The notes: generated by a model from the letters alone, not told the origin. A stretch of DNA of 64,000 nt from Nitrospirota bacterium (GCA_963737155.1 CAVTRN010000001.1:384001-448000), one strand, 5' to 3'; shown: positions 49,652 through 59,871, counted from the stretch's first letter. Translations and numbers: made by a program.

Positions 49652-50722
49652 CTAATCATATAGTGCTTTAAATACATTGAATCGCTTAATTTTCTTCATG
49701 AACGGGTCAGGTTGCAAGTATTCTTTTTCGTAATTATCAATCTGGGCTATAAGCTGAGTTAATTTATCGTCTAAAAAATTGGGGTCCTTCAATGATTTTG
49801 CATTCACTAACCCTTCTCTGAAAGCGTCGAGAAAGGACCTTAAAGCATCATTGTATTCAGTCCGAAATTGATTGACCGATGACTCCAATATGGGATACCT
49901 TGTTGATAAATTGTAGCCTGCTTTTACATTTTGCAAATTGACCACTCTGGAGTATTCATCGTAACTATTTTCATCATTAATCTTTAATAATGCTGCCAAT
50001 TGTTGTGTATAGGGCATACCTGTATCTTCTGGCTTAAAGCCTAAAGAAGTTGACAATTGTGTATCGTAACCTTTTACAGTTTTTCCTAAAGCATCACTTA
50101 GCTTGCTAAGAATTGTTTGATGGGCGAGATATTGATTTCTTGCTTCTATCATTTTGTCATAGACAGAAATATATGGAGCTAACAATTTTTTAAAATTATC
50201 AATATTATTTTGCTGTATAGGAAGAGCGGTGTCTATTGTATCTTTCTTAAGTGGGCCCTCACTTTTTAAAGTTGCATCAGAAAATCCTGCGACTGATTGA
50301 ACTATAGAACTTACTGCACTCGTAATTGGATTAGCTTTGACAAGTGAATCAACGACTGGATTGGTGAGTAGTTCGCCTATAATAGTTTTCAACCTACTAG
50401 TGGCTTTGGGTTTATCCTCAACAGTGAAGCTCTGGTTTGCAAACTTAGTTACTACATCGGTAAACTTGAAGCCAAGAACATCACTCGTCGGATTTGCTGC
50501 TTCTGTCAGTGCTGTAAAAAGTTCAGTGAGTTCTTGTTGCTGGATTAAAGCATTGTAATTTGCCTCAAGAACAGGCGTTTTTTGAACTGCATTATAAATC
50601 ACTACAGACATATCATTGTATTTATCTTTTATCATGCTTAATCTATCTGCTTTCAGCGATTCGACTTCTTTTGAGAGAGATTGCAAATCTGCATCTGTTG
50701 CTGCATCAAATTTTTTTACCAT
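49652..50722 (-). CDS. Hypothetical helical protein
   Basis: 356-aa ORF with AAGGAGG RBS. Confidence 0.7.
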   Translation of the reverse strand: MVKKFDAATDADLQSLSKEVESLKADRLSMIKDKYNDMSVVIYNAVQKTPVLEANYNALIQQQELTELFTALTEAANPTSDVLGFKFTDVVTKFANQSFTVEDKPKATSRLKTIIGELLTNPVVDSLVKANPITSAVSSIVQSVAGFSDATLKSEGPLKKDTIDTALPIQQNNIDNFKKLLAPYISVYDKMIEARNQYLAHQTILSKLSDALGKTVKGYDTQLSTSLGFKPEDTGMPYTQQLAALLKINDENSYDEYSRVVNLQNVKAGYNLSTRYPILESSVNQFRTEYNDALRSFLDAFREGLVNAKSLKDPNFLDDKLTQLIAQIDNYEKEYLQPDPFMKKIKRFNVFKALYD

Positions 50723-51212
50723 TTTCCCTCCCTTATTTAGTTTAAATAAACGTCTTGTTTAGTTTATTTGAATGAAATGATTAATAAACTGACTGTTTCG
50801 ATTTCTGTCTTAGCTGAAGCGATTTAGGAAATGGATATATTTTTCAATACACATTCAGCTGTGATTTGAAAATAATATTTGATTTTGAAATAGAGCCGTA
50901 TAATGAAGATTAGGAGTATTTTATTTAGCCACATCCAGAAAGTAAAGTCAATGGTTTTTTGGAGACAATTATTACCTTATTTGGAATATAGAGCCTGTTA
51001 AATAATGTTCTCAAAACAGTCTAAGGCAAACAATCCCTGACTTTTTAAATCCCGCTCTCAGCTCCTCGCCCTTCTGAAAAAAGAACTCATCTTCCAGTGC
51101 CCATTACATCCCGTTTGCAAAGAACAAGCTCTCGGTTGTGGATGTGGATTAGCTGATGAAGAAGCGTAAATATCTGTAGCATAGGCTTGTTTGCTATCTT
51201 TACTTGTAATAT

Positions 51213-51803
51213 CTATTTATTATATAAGCCGTCCGCACGGTTATACAATGGATTTTTAAATTTGTCGTAAACTTTTGCCCATGTCAATCTGGCATCAAAA
51301 ACATCTAATACGGATGATTTTGGCTTATTCCTTTCAGACCACCTTTTATGTCTGTCAAAATATTCTTTTGATGCTAACGCAACATATTTAACATCAATAT
51401 GCCCTCCCGTGAGCTTTTTTATTTCTGCCCGGTCAGTATCAAAACTCTTTATCTGATTCTTCTTGAATCCTTGTTGAACTTTAGCTTCGATAACGATAAT
51501 CACAGAAGATGAAAATAGACATAAATCAAATGTCCTTTTCAGCATACTTTTCGATAGACTACCATGATATGGCTCATTTGCATTCCTCTGCTTTGATAAG
51601 TCTCGAAAAAAACAAACCTCATACCCGACATCCCATTCGCCGTTCTTCGTAACTGGCGTAGAGAGAGGAGACCACTCAACTGCATCAATTAGCCAATGTG
51701 CAAATTCTGTCTTGCTATCGCGCACTTCAAAATAAAGAGACGCGCAGTAAAACCGTTCTTCTCTCGAAATATCATCCCAAGGCTTATTGTTAAAATAATT
51801 CAT
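51213..51803 (-). CDS. PD-(D/E)XK nuclease-like protein
   Basis: REERFYC...YEV...RTFDLCLF...IVIEAK. Confidence 0.6.
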   Translation of the reverse strand: MNYFNNKPWDDISREERFYCASLYFEVRDSKTEFAHWLIDAVEWSPLSTPVTKNGEWDVGYEVCFFRDLSKQRNANEPYHGSLSKSMLKRTFDLCLFSSSVIIVIEAKVQQGFKKNQIKSFDTDRAEIKKLTGGHIDVKYVALASKEYFDRHKRWSERNKPKSSVLDVFDARLTWAKVYDKFKNPLYNRADGLYNK

Positions 51804-51939
51804 AATGTTTTCTGATTCACAGCCATTGACAATGCTTTTATTTAACCCACAAAAACATATAGCTGTTTTGCCCTTTCCGCTCATAAATAATGAGAGCCAG
51901 CTTCCTGAATTGATTGAAACAGGAATATTTTTCTTATCT

Positions 51940-52245
51940 CTAATGAACCCTACCCACAAATGCAATGCTTGACATTATGCTCATGGAGGCAATACCAGCA
52001 AAAAACACAAGAAGGCTCAACTTGTTTGATGGAGATACCTTTCCCGTTCTGTATAAGACATATCCAATGACCAGATTGAATAAACCCCACAGAACATTGA
52101 TTGTTGGCGATGACAACCCTTTGCCCGGTGGATTGGCAAAAGGGGTCGGAAAACTATTTCCGGAAATGCCCTGCACGAAATGAGGAACCGTATTGGCTAA
52201 AAAGGCACCCGCGAAAAAACAAGCAATATAATGATACCATTTCAT
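51940..52245 (-). CDS. Small membrane protein
   Basis: FFAGAFLANTVPHFVQG...FPTPFANPPGKGLSSP...NVLWG; GGAGG RBS. Confidence 0.7.
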   Translation of the reverse strand: MKWYHYIACFFAGAFLANTVPHFVQGISGNSFPTPFANPPGKGLSSPTINVLWGLFNLVIGYVLYRTGKVSPSNKLSLLVFFAGIASMSIMSSIAFVGRVH

Positions 52246-52364
52246 AGCAACCTCCTGCAGAAACACAATTAGTTAACAACCATACAGCTCAAAGCAGTCT
52301 GCCTCTTCCTATTGTCAATTTGCCGCACTGCCATTGATAAGGTATTCCTGCTGCCAGCCAAGAC

Positions 52365-53402
52365 TCAAGGGTTTTTATTTGCTAAATGATGACGTAAAGC
52401 GTTCCGTGCTTTAAAAGATTCCTTGCAACGATTGACTTTCATGGTCTTGATATCAAGGTAGGACAAAAGAGGTTGAAGCATCTTGCCTGCCTCATCGGTT
52501 TCGAGCATGATTTCTCGTGGATAGCTGTTATTGTTTGCTATGATTTGAAGAAGATATTCAACAAACGGTTGATGATATGAATCGGGTTTAGCCGCATGAG
52601 TGCCAAGAACCATGCCACTCTGTGTTTCTACAATAAGAAGCATCATGGGGTAGTAGGGCCTCTCTCCCTGTTCCTGAATAGGCATATTTTCGAGAGAATA
52701 CGTAAACTCCCACGTTGTCCTTGTCTTCTCCGCATTGGACTTAATCCGCATGATGCCGACTTCGTCAATCTGAGCTGGTGCAACAGCTTTCTGGCGAATC
52801 GGTTCGGGTAGCAGCCATTCATCAACCCAAACATGAGAACCGCTTATTGTATCACTCATCCTGACAAGATATTTAGGACGCTTGGAGCGGATAATATCGG
52901 GGTTATCCTTGAACCGCATACTGACATCCAACACTTGCTCTATTGCCATAGACAGATAATCCGCTTCATCGCCCGAAATGAACCAAGGCACGTATCCTGG
53001 GGTCATGTCGCGGATTACTGGATACTGTTTTGCCCCTTTCAGAGTAATTCCCAGCTCTTCAATGACTTGGATATCCTCATCATAGAGTTCAGATTTGTTG
53101 TCATAGGTAATGCTCAAGCATTTCTGGGAAAGAAACAACATGAAATCCTCTTCAGAAAATTCGGCATGGTCCGGCATATTCTTATAGCTTTCCAAACCAT
53201 CTGTACCCATATATATGATAAATCCTAGCAGTTGACCAAGATTGCCGATGATGCAGCAGTAGCCAACTTCACCTGTTTTCGGATTTTCAATGCCAAACAC
53301 ATCGTCTTCGGTCATCCATTCCCAGCAAGCAGCCTTTCTGAATCTGATGCAGGCATCATAAAGAGTTTTCCATTGAGCCAATGTCGGCTGTGTCACAGTC
53401 AT
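52365..53402 (-). CDS. Conserved-looking hypothetical protein
   Basis: 345-aa ORF with AAAGGA RBS; WEWM..D, YCCIIGNLG and PGYVPWF motifs. Confidence 0.65.
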   Translation of the reverse strand: MTVTQPTLAQWKTLYDACIRFRKAACWEWMTEDDVFGIENPKTGEVGYCCIIGNLGQLLGFIIYMGTDGLESYKNMPDHAEFSEEDFMLFLSQKCLSITYDNKSELYDEDIQVIEELGITLKGAKQYPVIRDMTPGYVPWFISGDEADYLSMAIEQVLDVSMRFKDNPDIIRSKRPKYLVRMSDTISGSHVWVDEWLLPEPIRQKAVAPAQIDEVGIMRIKSNAEKTRTTWEFTYSLENMPIQEQGERPYYPMMLLIVETQSGMVLGTHAAKPDSYHQPFVEYLLQIIANNNSYPREIMLETDEAGKMLQPLLSYLDIKTMKVNRCKESFKARNALRHHLANKNP

Positions 53403-53433
53403 GACATTCCTTTCCCTTTAGAGAGCATTATCC

Positions 53434-53991
53434 TCAGTTCATAACCAAGTAACTTAATGCCGTCTGCCTCTTCCGATTAACCACCTGCTTTACCGCCATT
53501 GAGAGTACCTTCCTGCTGCCGGCTTGGGACTTGCTGAAGCACAATTTTTTTAAGATTCCATAAACTTTTGAATATATGCCAGAAGCACCAGATTCCCGTT
53601 GACCAGCAACATTAAGAACTTGGGGCTTGATTATATTTAGCCATTCAGTTATTTCCTCCACAGCGTCTTCAACGGATACTTTTTTAAGATTAATATGGAG
53701 ATATGGTTTCCCGTACTCCTTTGCAAAATCAATAGTCTTTTTTGTCCCGCCAGTTAATGTACCATACGTGAATGCAAGTGTAGCATCTGCATCTACTACG
53801 TTCTTTCTTGTACGAGCAATATACTCCCCCTCCTCCAATTCTGTCAGGTGAGGATACTTTTCTGAATCAATAGGACCATCTTCGGCAAGTCTGCCCTTTG
53901 GGATAGAACCGCCGTAATCCATCCCCAGCTCAATCGCTACATCCAAGGCTGCTCTGTCTGCACCAGTCTGTCCACCCGAAATGATTTTCAC
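53434..53991 (-). CDS. Putative molybdenum carrier (SLOG superfamily) protein
   Basis: KIISGGQTGADRAALD, RTRKNVVDADAT, GGT and LNVAGQRES. Confidence 0.85.
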   Translation of the reverse strand: MKIISGGQTGADRAALDVAIELGMDYGGSIPKGRLAEDGPIDSEKYPHLTELEEGEYIARTRKNVVDADATLAFTYGTLTGGTKKTIDFAKEYGKPYLHINLKKVSVEDAVEEITEWLNIIKPQVLNVAGQRESGASGIYSKVYGILKKLCFSKSQAGSRKVLSMAVKQVVNRKRQTALSYLVMN

Positions 53992-54620
53992 TGTTGAACT
54001 TTCTCATATTTATAATAAAGATGTTGAAAAAGTTTTGCCTGCCAATATGTAGCAAGTAATGAAATAACAGAAAAAGCAAAAAATAAAACTTTATATACAG
54101 ACCATAAACCCACTATTAATTTGAGTCCAGTCATCATGACATGGAGATAAAATAGGATTAGAAAAGCTCCTGATAGTTTCTTAAAATAAGGCATCTCCTC
54201 ATTCTTTATTGTCCTAAAAACATAGAACAGCAAAAACGTAGTTGCCATCGGCACCACTTTATATTTATCATATAATCCATCGAATGTATAAGGCATGTTC
54301 AACAAAATAAATCCCGCGATTCCCATTAGCATATTTATCGAAATAATGGCATGCAATCTATCATTGCCAATGATGCGAGAATATTTTATATAGCCCAGGG
54401 AAAGATAGAGCGATACAATCAATGCAATAAATCCTCCAATTCCATTTCCAACGATTTGCAAAACCAGATTGTTCAATATGTCAATTTTAAATACATAGAC
54501 TGCTATGCTAAATGAAATCCCCAAGGCAATGCTGGCAAAATAAAGAACGTAGCAATACTGAAACTTAACAAACCTTGCCACTTGATAGGTTCTTTGCTTT
54601 AAAGAATCAAGTACGTTCAT
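53988..54620 (-). CDS. Multi-pass membrane protein
   Basis: About six hydrophobic helices; stop overlaps the start of the SLOG gene. Confidence 0.7.
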   Translation of the reverse strand: MNVLDSLKQRTYQVARFVKFQYCYVLYFASIALGISFSIAVYVFKIDILNNLVLQIVGNGIGGFIALIVSLYLSLGYIKYSRIIGNDRLHAIISINMLMGIAGFILLNMPYTFDGLYDKYKVVPMATTFLLFYVFRTIKNEEMPYFKKLSGAFLILFYLHVMMTGLKLIVGLWSVYKVLFFAFSVISLLATYWQAKLFQHLYYKYEKVQQ

Positions 54621-54686
54621 GGTTTTCCTCGTTGGTAATCAGGTAACCTAGTGCTTAAAATCGAATATGCCACCAGTGTCTCTGGC

Positions 54687-55088
54687 TTAATGCATAATTT
54701 CACCAGTAGACCTCATATCCCAGATTGTCCCCTGCCAGTTGTTGATTATCCCTCGGTCTCCACACTTGAGACACTCCCAATAGATTTCATCTGTATCCGG
54801 ATGTACATAACCAGTGATTTCCCCTAAACACGGCTTCCTCTTTGGTTTCCGTCTGCAATATACTTGATGCTCTGGAGGATATTCTATCTCAGAAGCCATG
54901 ACAATGATTGCCGCGAAGTATTCTGCGAGCTTCGCCGCTGCAATCGGCCCAGTTATCATCTCTCCCTTTTCATCCAGAAAATGGGTGATATCAGTAATCC
55001 AGGTGTCTGCCATTATTGTTTTCCCTTTTGGATGCGGGTCAGTATTCTTATTGACATCTTTGGCTACCAGATTATACCGCAGAACCAC
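54687..55088 (-). CDS. Hypothetical Zn-binding protein
   Basis: TWITDITHFLD...CRRKPKRKPC...WECLKC.GIINNWQGT; probable start at MADTW. Confidence 0.65.
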   Translation of the reverse strand: MVLRYNLVAKDVNKNTDPHPKGKTIMADTWITDITHFLDEKGEMITGPIAAAKLAEYFAAIIVMASEIEYPPEHQVYCRRKPKRKPCLGEITGYVHPDTDEIYWECLKCGDRGIINNWQGTIWDMRSTGEIMH

Positions 55089-55439
55089 CTTATCATGGAA
55101 GCAGGATTCCTTATTATATGGTCATGATGGTAGAGGAACGGGGACGGAATTATTGCGCGGGAAGGTTCATGCCAAGAACTGACCCATAAGAAGGAGAAAA
55201 AGCTCAGGGTGGTCAATTTTCGGTTATCAAAGCCAGATATTGTAGTAGCAACCGGTAGCTGCGGTTGGTTCCTATAATGAAGAGATTGTATAGTAGAGGT
55301 CTATTATGTGGAAGATGGCTTGCTGTGAGTTTACCCGGATAATACAAAAGCACACCAAACTGCGGTGTGCTCTCTACTCTACTACCCTCTGCCACTGCTC
55401 ACCCGTGAACGCCTCCCGCTACCGTTCAATCGATGAATC

Positions 55440-56040
55440 TTTCATTCTCGGCAGAAGAGTTTCAGCCATACTGCAGCCTATTGGCTGCTTGTCTGCCCTG
55501 AGTGTGTTCTGGAACTGTGCCAGTCTTTAGCTTCGGGGCGTTTCTTATGTGGGCTGATTCGCGGGTGCTTATTCATTCCGAATAATCAGGCGGCGTATCT
55601 GACATTAAGTTCACCCCCGTCCTGTGCTACATTGCTTCTGTTTCTCATAGTATAGCACTGAATGGGATATATGGGGCGGGGGGTCAAAATTTGACGCTGA
55701 TTCCGGTTCAGTTGTTCAAATTAGGGTCGGAGAGGTCAGTCAGGGGACAGTGGTCTGCAAACGGCTTTGGGGTCACCGGGGCAGAATGCAGAACCCCGAT
55801 TTGGGCATTCCGGGTATCCCCCAAGGCGGTTGTGCCGCCGGGTGTCCGGGAAACCCCCGGTGACCATTCAAAAGCCCTATAAAACGGTATTGGGGGCATG
55901 GGCGGGGGCGGGATTTGGGTCGGTGATGACGCCGAATCGGAATCACCGGGGAATGCCACTCACCGGCTCAAATCCTGGCATGGATTCCGAGACAATCCAA
56001 ACAACTGCCGCACCCTTTCCGTAGAACAGTTCTACGGGCA
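55440..56040 (+). ncRNA. Large structured non-coding region (ncRNA or folded ssDNA element)
   Basis: Several long stems whose mismatches are G-T on the + strand; GC-rich inside an AT-rich island; no credible ORF. Confidence 0.45.
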
Positions 56041-56098
56041 TCTGAGGCTATTCAGGCTAGCTGTTTGAGGTGGTTCTGCTGATGTATTACAATCCCAG

Positions 56099-56137
56099 AA
56101 AAACTTAAACCCCGGCAGAAGTAATCTACCGAGGTTT
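56099..56137 (-). terminator. Probable minus-strand terminator
   Basis: AAACCTCGGTAGA-loop-TCTGCCGGGGTTT, with G-U pairs on the minus strand, followed by AAGTTTTT. Confidence 0.5.
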
Positions 56138-56159
56138 TACATGGTCATAATTTGATATG

Positions 56160-56800
56160 GTCTTAACGTTATTGTTATGGGTTAACAGTATTCATTCTCA
56201 AGCTATTAACTTCACTCAACCTTATTAAATCTTCTGTTGAGCTACTTCTTTTGTTATCGTGAACATCTTGTTTAGAGGTATTCATAACTTCGTAAGAGCA
56301 GGTTCTCTTACTATACACCCACCATCCTATCAGTATCTCAAAGCCTTTTGAAGTATGCTTCAAGTTACCTGCCCGATAGGGTAGGTAATACTTCGGAGAA
56401 TGAGAAAAGCGAGGAGCTTTTAGGGTTCTGGTTGTTTCAGTAGTTCTAGTTGTAGAAGCTCTTCTGCTTGTTCTTGATTCTGTTCTTGTCCTTGTATTTG
56501 AATTTGTCTTAACTTGGTTATCAGCTTAACTTGTACTTGTTATATTAGTTATTATTGTTTTAGTAGTTGTTGTTTGTCTTATACGGGAATTAGTATGATT
56601 TTAAATTTTAATAGTCTTAACGTTATCAGTTTTGTTGTTTCTTTTTGTTGGGGGATTTACTTTTTGCTTCCGCGCTTGAGCAGTCCTACGATTATGACTT
56701 GCATTTTTATATCAGCTTAACTTAAATTCTTTTTCTTCAATGGGCTTAACTTGTTTTTGGGCATAACTTTTAGTCGTTCATCTTTAGGTGGGCTTAACTT
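56160..56800. repeat. Dispersed CTTAAC(T/G)T repeats in a strongly T-skewed tract
   Basis: Seven copies, including three exact pairs: GTCTTAACGTTAT (56160, 56614), TATCAGCTTAACTT (56519, 56710) and TGGGCTTAACTT (56741, 56789). Confidence 0.65.
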
Positions 56801-57099
56801 CGTGCGTTCAGTTACTTTACTGGTATCCGCACTACTCTTCTTGTCATAATCATTACCGTCCCGGCTACATAGAAACCTGTAGATGGGCAAACCACTGTAC
56901 GTGTCCGTGGACACTACACGCCATAGGTGATGCTACTGCTATTCAATTGTCAAAGAACTCGGTGCTGCTCAACTTCTTAATTATGGCTGCATTTTACCAG
57001 AATTTTAAAAGGCAGTCAAATTGGGACCGCCGAAATCGAAAAAAAGTTGAGTCAAAATCAAAAATAACGCGCCTACGGGGGTTTCACGGAAAAATATTT

Positions 57100-57294
57100 T
57101 TATTTCCCGGCCGCTCTCATGCCACCGGGGAGCATCTCCCTGATTCCTGGCGTTGGATTGTCAATGACCTCGGAGAGCCGCATACGGATAACAGATGATA
57201 GACTCAGCCTCAACCTCTGTGCTTCCTGAGATAAGTAAAGGAAATCGGCGGCGGTCAATCTTACGGTTACTGTTTTCATCTTCGGGCTCCTCAT
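57100..57294 (-). CDS. Small ribbon-helix-helix (CopG-like) protein
   Basis: KTVTVRLT...LSQEAQRLRLSLSSVIRMRL. Confidence 0.6.
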   Translation of the reverse strand: MRSPKMKTVTVRLTAADFLYLSQEAQRLRLSLSSVIRMRLSEVIDNPTPGIREMLPGGMRAAGK

Positions 57295-57451
57295 GTAAAA
57301 ACATCACTTGCTTATAAATACTACTGAGGCGGAACGGTTTGGGAAGAATATTTCCGCCCTCATAATATATACTCACGAGGATAAACCATAATAAACAAAT
57401 ATCTCCTGCGGTCAAAAAAGGGCTATTGTAAACCGTTAATGGTCAGGTTAA

Positions 57452-58822
57452 TTAGAAATCATTGATACCTTTCCCGGTTAAACGTTTTATTTTTCTCCAA
57501 AAACTTGTGTATTGACTTTTTGGCAAACCTTCCTCTAAAAGCACTGACTTTATGTCTTTTCCACTTCTTTTAATTTGTTCTATTCTTGACTCTAATAAAA
57601 TGACTAACATTTTTTGACCATATGAGAAAATGTCCTTTAATTTCTCTTTTTCAATAGTTCCTGCAAACATAGAGAGTGATTGCAGGAAAGCATTGGTCGA
57701 ACTCTGGAATGAATCAGAAGTCACTGTCCATAAATCATCGGTTAAAATTTCGGTTCTGCCTGCAATTTTTGCTTTGATGATGGCTCTAATGAGTATTGAT
57801 TCAAGTTCTCTATAGTTCCCTGTATACTTCAATTGCAGAAGGTGAGAAATCGCACCCTCTGATAGGCTTATATTTTCAGAAGACTTTAACTTTTTGCGCG
57901 CCTGCTTGACTGAATTTTTTAATACCATGTCAGGAAGAACTTTTAACCTATCATTTAAGTTCGGTAAATAAATAGGATAGTAAAATCTATATCGCAAATC
58001 GGGAAGCATTTCATCTTTTTCAATGTGTGTCGGCTGAACAGCCGTAATAAATCGAATGTCAATATCCTCTGGTTCTGATTTTCCCAGCTGTTTGAACTTT
58101 TTCTCTTCAATGACTTTCAGCATTTTAGCTTGAACGTGCAGAGACGCTTTACCAATTTCATCTAAGAAGAGAGTGCCGCCATTAGCTCCTCGCAGCATGG
58201 GAACTAATTCTTCTTTATTATGGAAGCCAGGATAATTCGGTATTACTCCGAATAATTCAGCTTCTAATAAATCTTCCGGCATCGCGGCACAATTAATAGA
58301 AAACCAAGGTTTACTTCTGCGATTGCTCATACTATGCAGAGCGCGCGCCAATAGTCCCTTACTTGTCCCCGTTTCCCCAAATATGATAATTGATATGTCT
58401 TCTTTAGCTACCTCATAAAATTCCCGCAGATAATGCTTATCAACAGCACCTACTTTAAGGTCATATCTATCAGATATGTCCATCATAACAATGTCTGGGA
58501 TTTGTTCCAACATCATCGCCACGGCAGGAATTAAAAAATTAAATCGTACATCCTTCTCAAAATCCTTATAAAAAATATTCTCGAACATTACTCGAGCTTC
58601 CTCCAAGTCATCCTGTTCGATGGCACTATTGAGATAATATAATGCGTTTGCTATGTAGGATTTCCTTTCTCCCAAGGAAGCAATTATATTTGTTCGCAAT
58701 TCTTCAGATTTGCCGCTAATCACCTTCAGGTCTTTGGGAATAACTCTCTTTATTAGCTCGTATGCAGTTTCCTGGGACATTATTTCCTCCAATAGCCTTA
58801 ATTGATTATCATAAATAACCAT
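57452..58822 (-). CDS. Sigma54-interaction-domain AAA+ protein lacking GAFTGA
   Basis: GETGTSK, INCAAMPEDLLEAELFG, GTLFLDEIG, QAKMLKVIE and GNYREL; loop 1 reads VIPNYPGFHN. Confidence 0.85.
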   Translation of the reverse strand: MVIYDNQLRLLEEIMSQETAYELIKRVIPKDLKVISGKSEELRTNIIASLGERKSYIANALYYLNSAIEQDDLEEARVMFENIFYKDFEKDVRFNFLIPAVAMMLEQIPDIVMMDISDRYDLKVGAVDKHYLREFYEVAKEDISIIIFGETGTSKGLLARALHSMSNRRSKPWFSINCAAMPEDLLEAELFGVIPNYPGFHNKEELVPMLRGANGGTLFLDEIGKASLHVQAKMLKVIEEKKFKQLGKSEPEDIDIRFITAVQPTHIEKDEMLPDLRYRFYYPIYLPNLNDRLKVLPDMVLKNSVKQARKKLKSSENISLSEGAISHLLQLKYTGNYRELESILIRAIIKAKIAGRTEILTDDLWTVTSDSFQSSTNAFLQSLSMFAGTIEKEKLKDIFSYGQKMLVILLESRIEQIKRSGKDIKSVLLEEGLPKSQYTSFWRKIKRLTGKGINDF

Positions 58823-58894
58823 TTAAGTCTATCACAACCTCTAAAAAGTATCAATATAAACTATAAGTTGTTGTTTATATTACTTTATTTACTT

Positions 58895-58910
58895 TGGCAT
58901 TCAGTATGCA
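58895..58910 (+). promoter_or_regulatory. Sigma54 -24/-12 promoter
   Basis: TGGCATTCAGTATGCA has the exact GG-N10-GC spacing; an IHF-like TAAGTTGTTGTTT lies just upstream. Confidence 0.55.
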
Positions 58911-58955
58911 ATATAGTCGATTATTAATGTCAACGGATATGAAAGGGAATTAATC

Positions 58956-59267
58956 ATGAAACTTTTGCGTACTGGTATGGCAATTTCATTTCGATTACCC
59001 GCATATAGTAACAAGCATAAGTTCCGCCCTCTTTCAACGGGGCTTATCCTTGCCGATTACTACACAGTGAACGGCGGCACTCATATTTTCAAAATCCAAA
59101 CAGAGAAAGGCATTATCCATATGAATGGTGCGTCACTTTACCCTGACGCTCAGGTTCTTAAATCAAAGATAGGATTTACGATACGTGACCTCATTGGTGT
59201 CAACAACTCGAACAAAATTTCGAACAAAATAATATCACTGTGCAAGCAAGATAAACCCCCACCATAG
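58956..59267 (+). CDS. Hypothetical protein
   Basis: AAGGGA RBS; first gene after the putative sigma54 promoter. Confidence 0.55.
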   Translation: MKLLRTGMAISFRLPAYSNKHKFRPLSTGLILADYYTVNGGTHIFKIQTEKGIIHMNGASLYPDAQVLKSKIGFTIRDLIGVNNSNKISNKIISLCKQDKPPP

Positions 59268-59310
59268 TAGCCAAATATGCAAAACCAAAGGTGGTTCAAC
59301 ACAACATAGC

Positions 59311-59871
59311 ATGACGCGCACCCAAAACTCAGAAAGGATTATCCAAATGAGTACCCATATCAAAGTATTGTTTACTGACAGGTATAAAGCACCTGTATTC
59401 ACAACCATAGCTGCTTCTGAAATCGCGTTCCAATATGTTCGTGAGGGTAAATTAGAAATTACTCTACTTAAAGAACATATTATCGAGGTGCTTTGCAATC
59501 CCCAAGATAAGGTGAATGCACCGTTATCTATCGCAATTGCCAAGTTCATTCCTGATAATTTGGCAATTATCAACCATTCTTTTGAGAATACTAGAATTCC
59601 TGAGTTTTATATAACGCCTCTTGCGGTGCTTGGTAAATATTTTATTGTCGCTCTCCGTGAGCCTCTAAACGACAACACTTGGGAACGCATTGATTATGCG
59701 AGAAACGTTTTTCGAGGATTGAATCACGCTGAGGAATCAATTTTAAATTCCTTGCTGAAAGTTTTTTACAAGGAACGTTTAGTGTGGGTAAACGCTCTTT
59801 TCAGGCAATTAACGAGCGTAGGCAATGCCTGTGGCATAGAAATTAAGCGTGTTTCCAATAATCCAGAGTAG
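59311..59871 (+). CDS. Hypothetical protein
   Basis: 186-aa ORF; AAAGGA RBS before the internal MSTHIK start. Confidence 0.6.
   Translation: MTRTQNSERIIQMSTHIKVLFTDRYKAPVFTTIAASEIAFQYVREGKLEITLLKEHIIEVLCNPQDKVNAPLSIAIAKFIPDNLAIINHSFENTRIPEFYITPLAVLGKYFIVALREPLNDNTWERIDYARNVFRGLNHAEESILNSLLKVFYKERLVWVNALFRQLTSVGNACGIEIKRVSNNPE

Noticed and set aside
37000-55100. Integron cassette array explaining the run of minus-strand genes
   Set aside because: No convincing attC sites (paired RYYYAAC/GTTRRRY boxes with an inner palindrome) and no IntI-type integrase.
55691-56024. ORFs within the structured block
   Set aside because: Pro/Gly-rich translations on both strands without an RBS; better explained by GC-rich non-coding structure.
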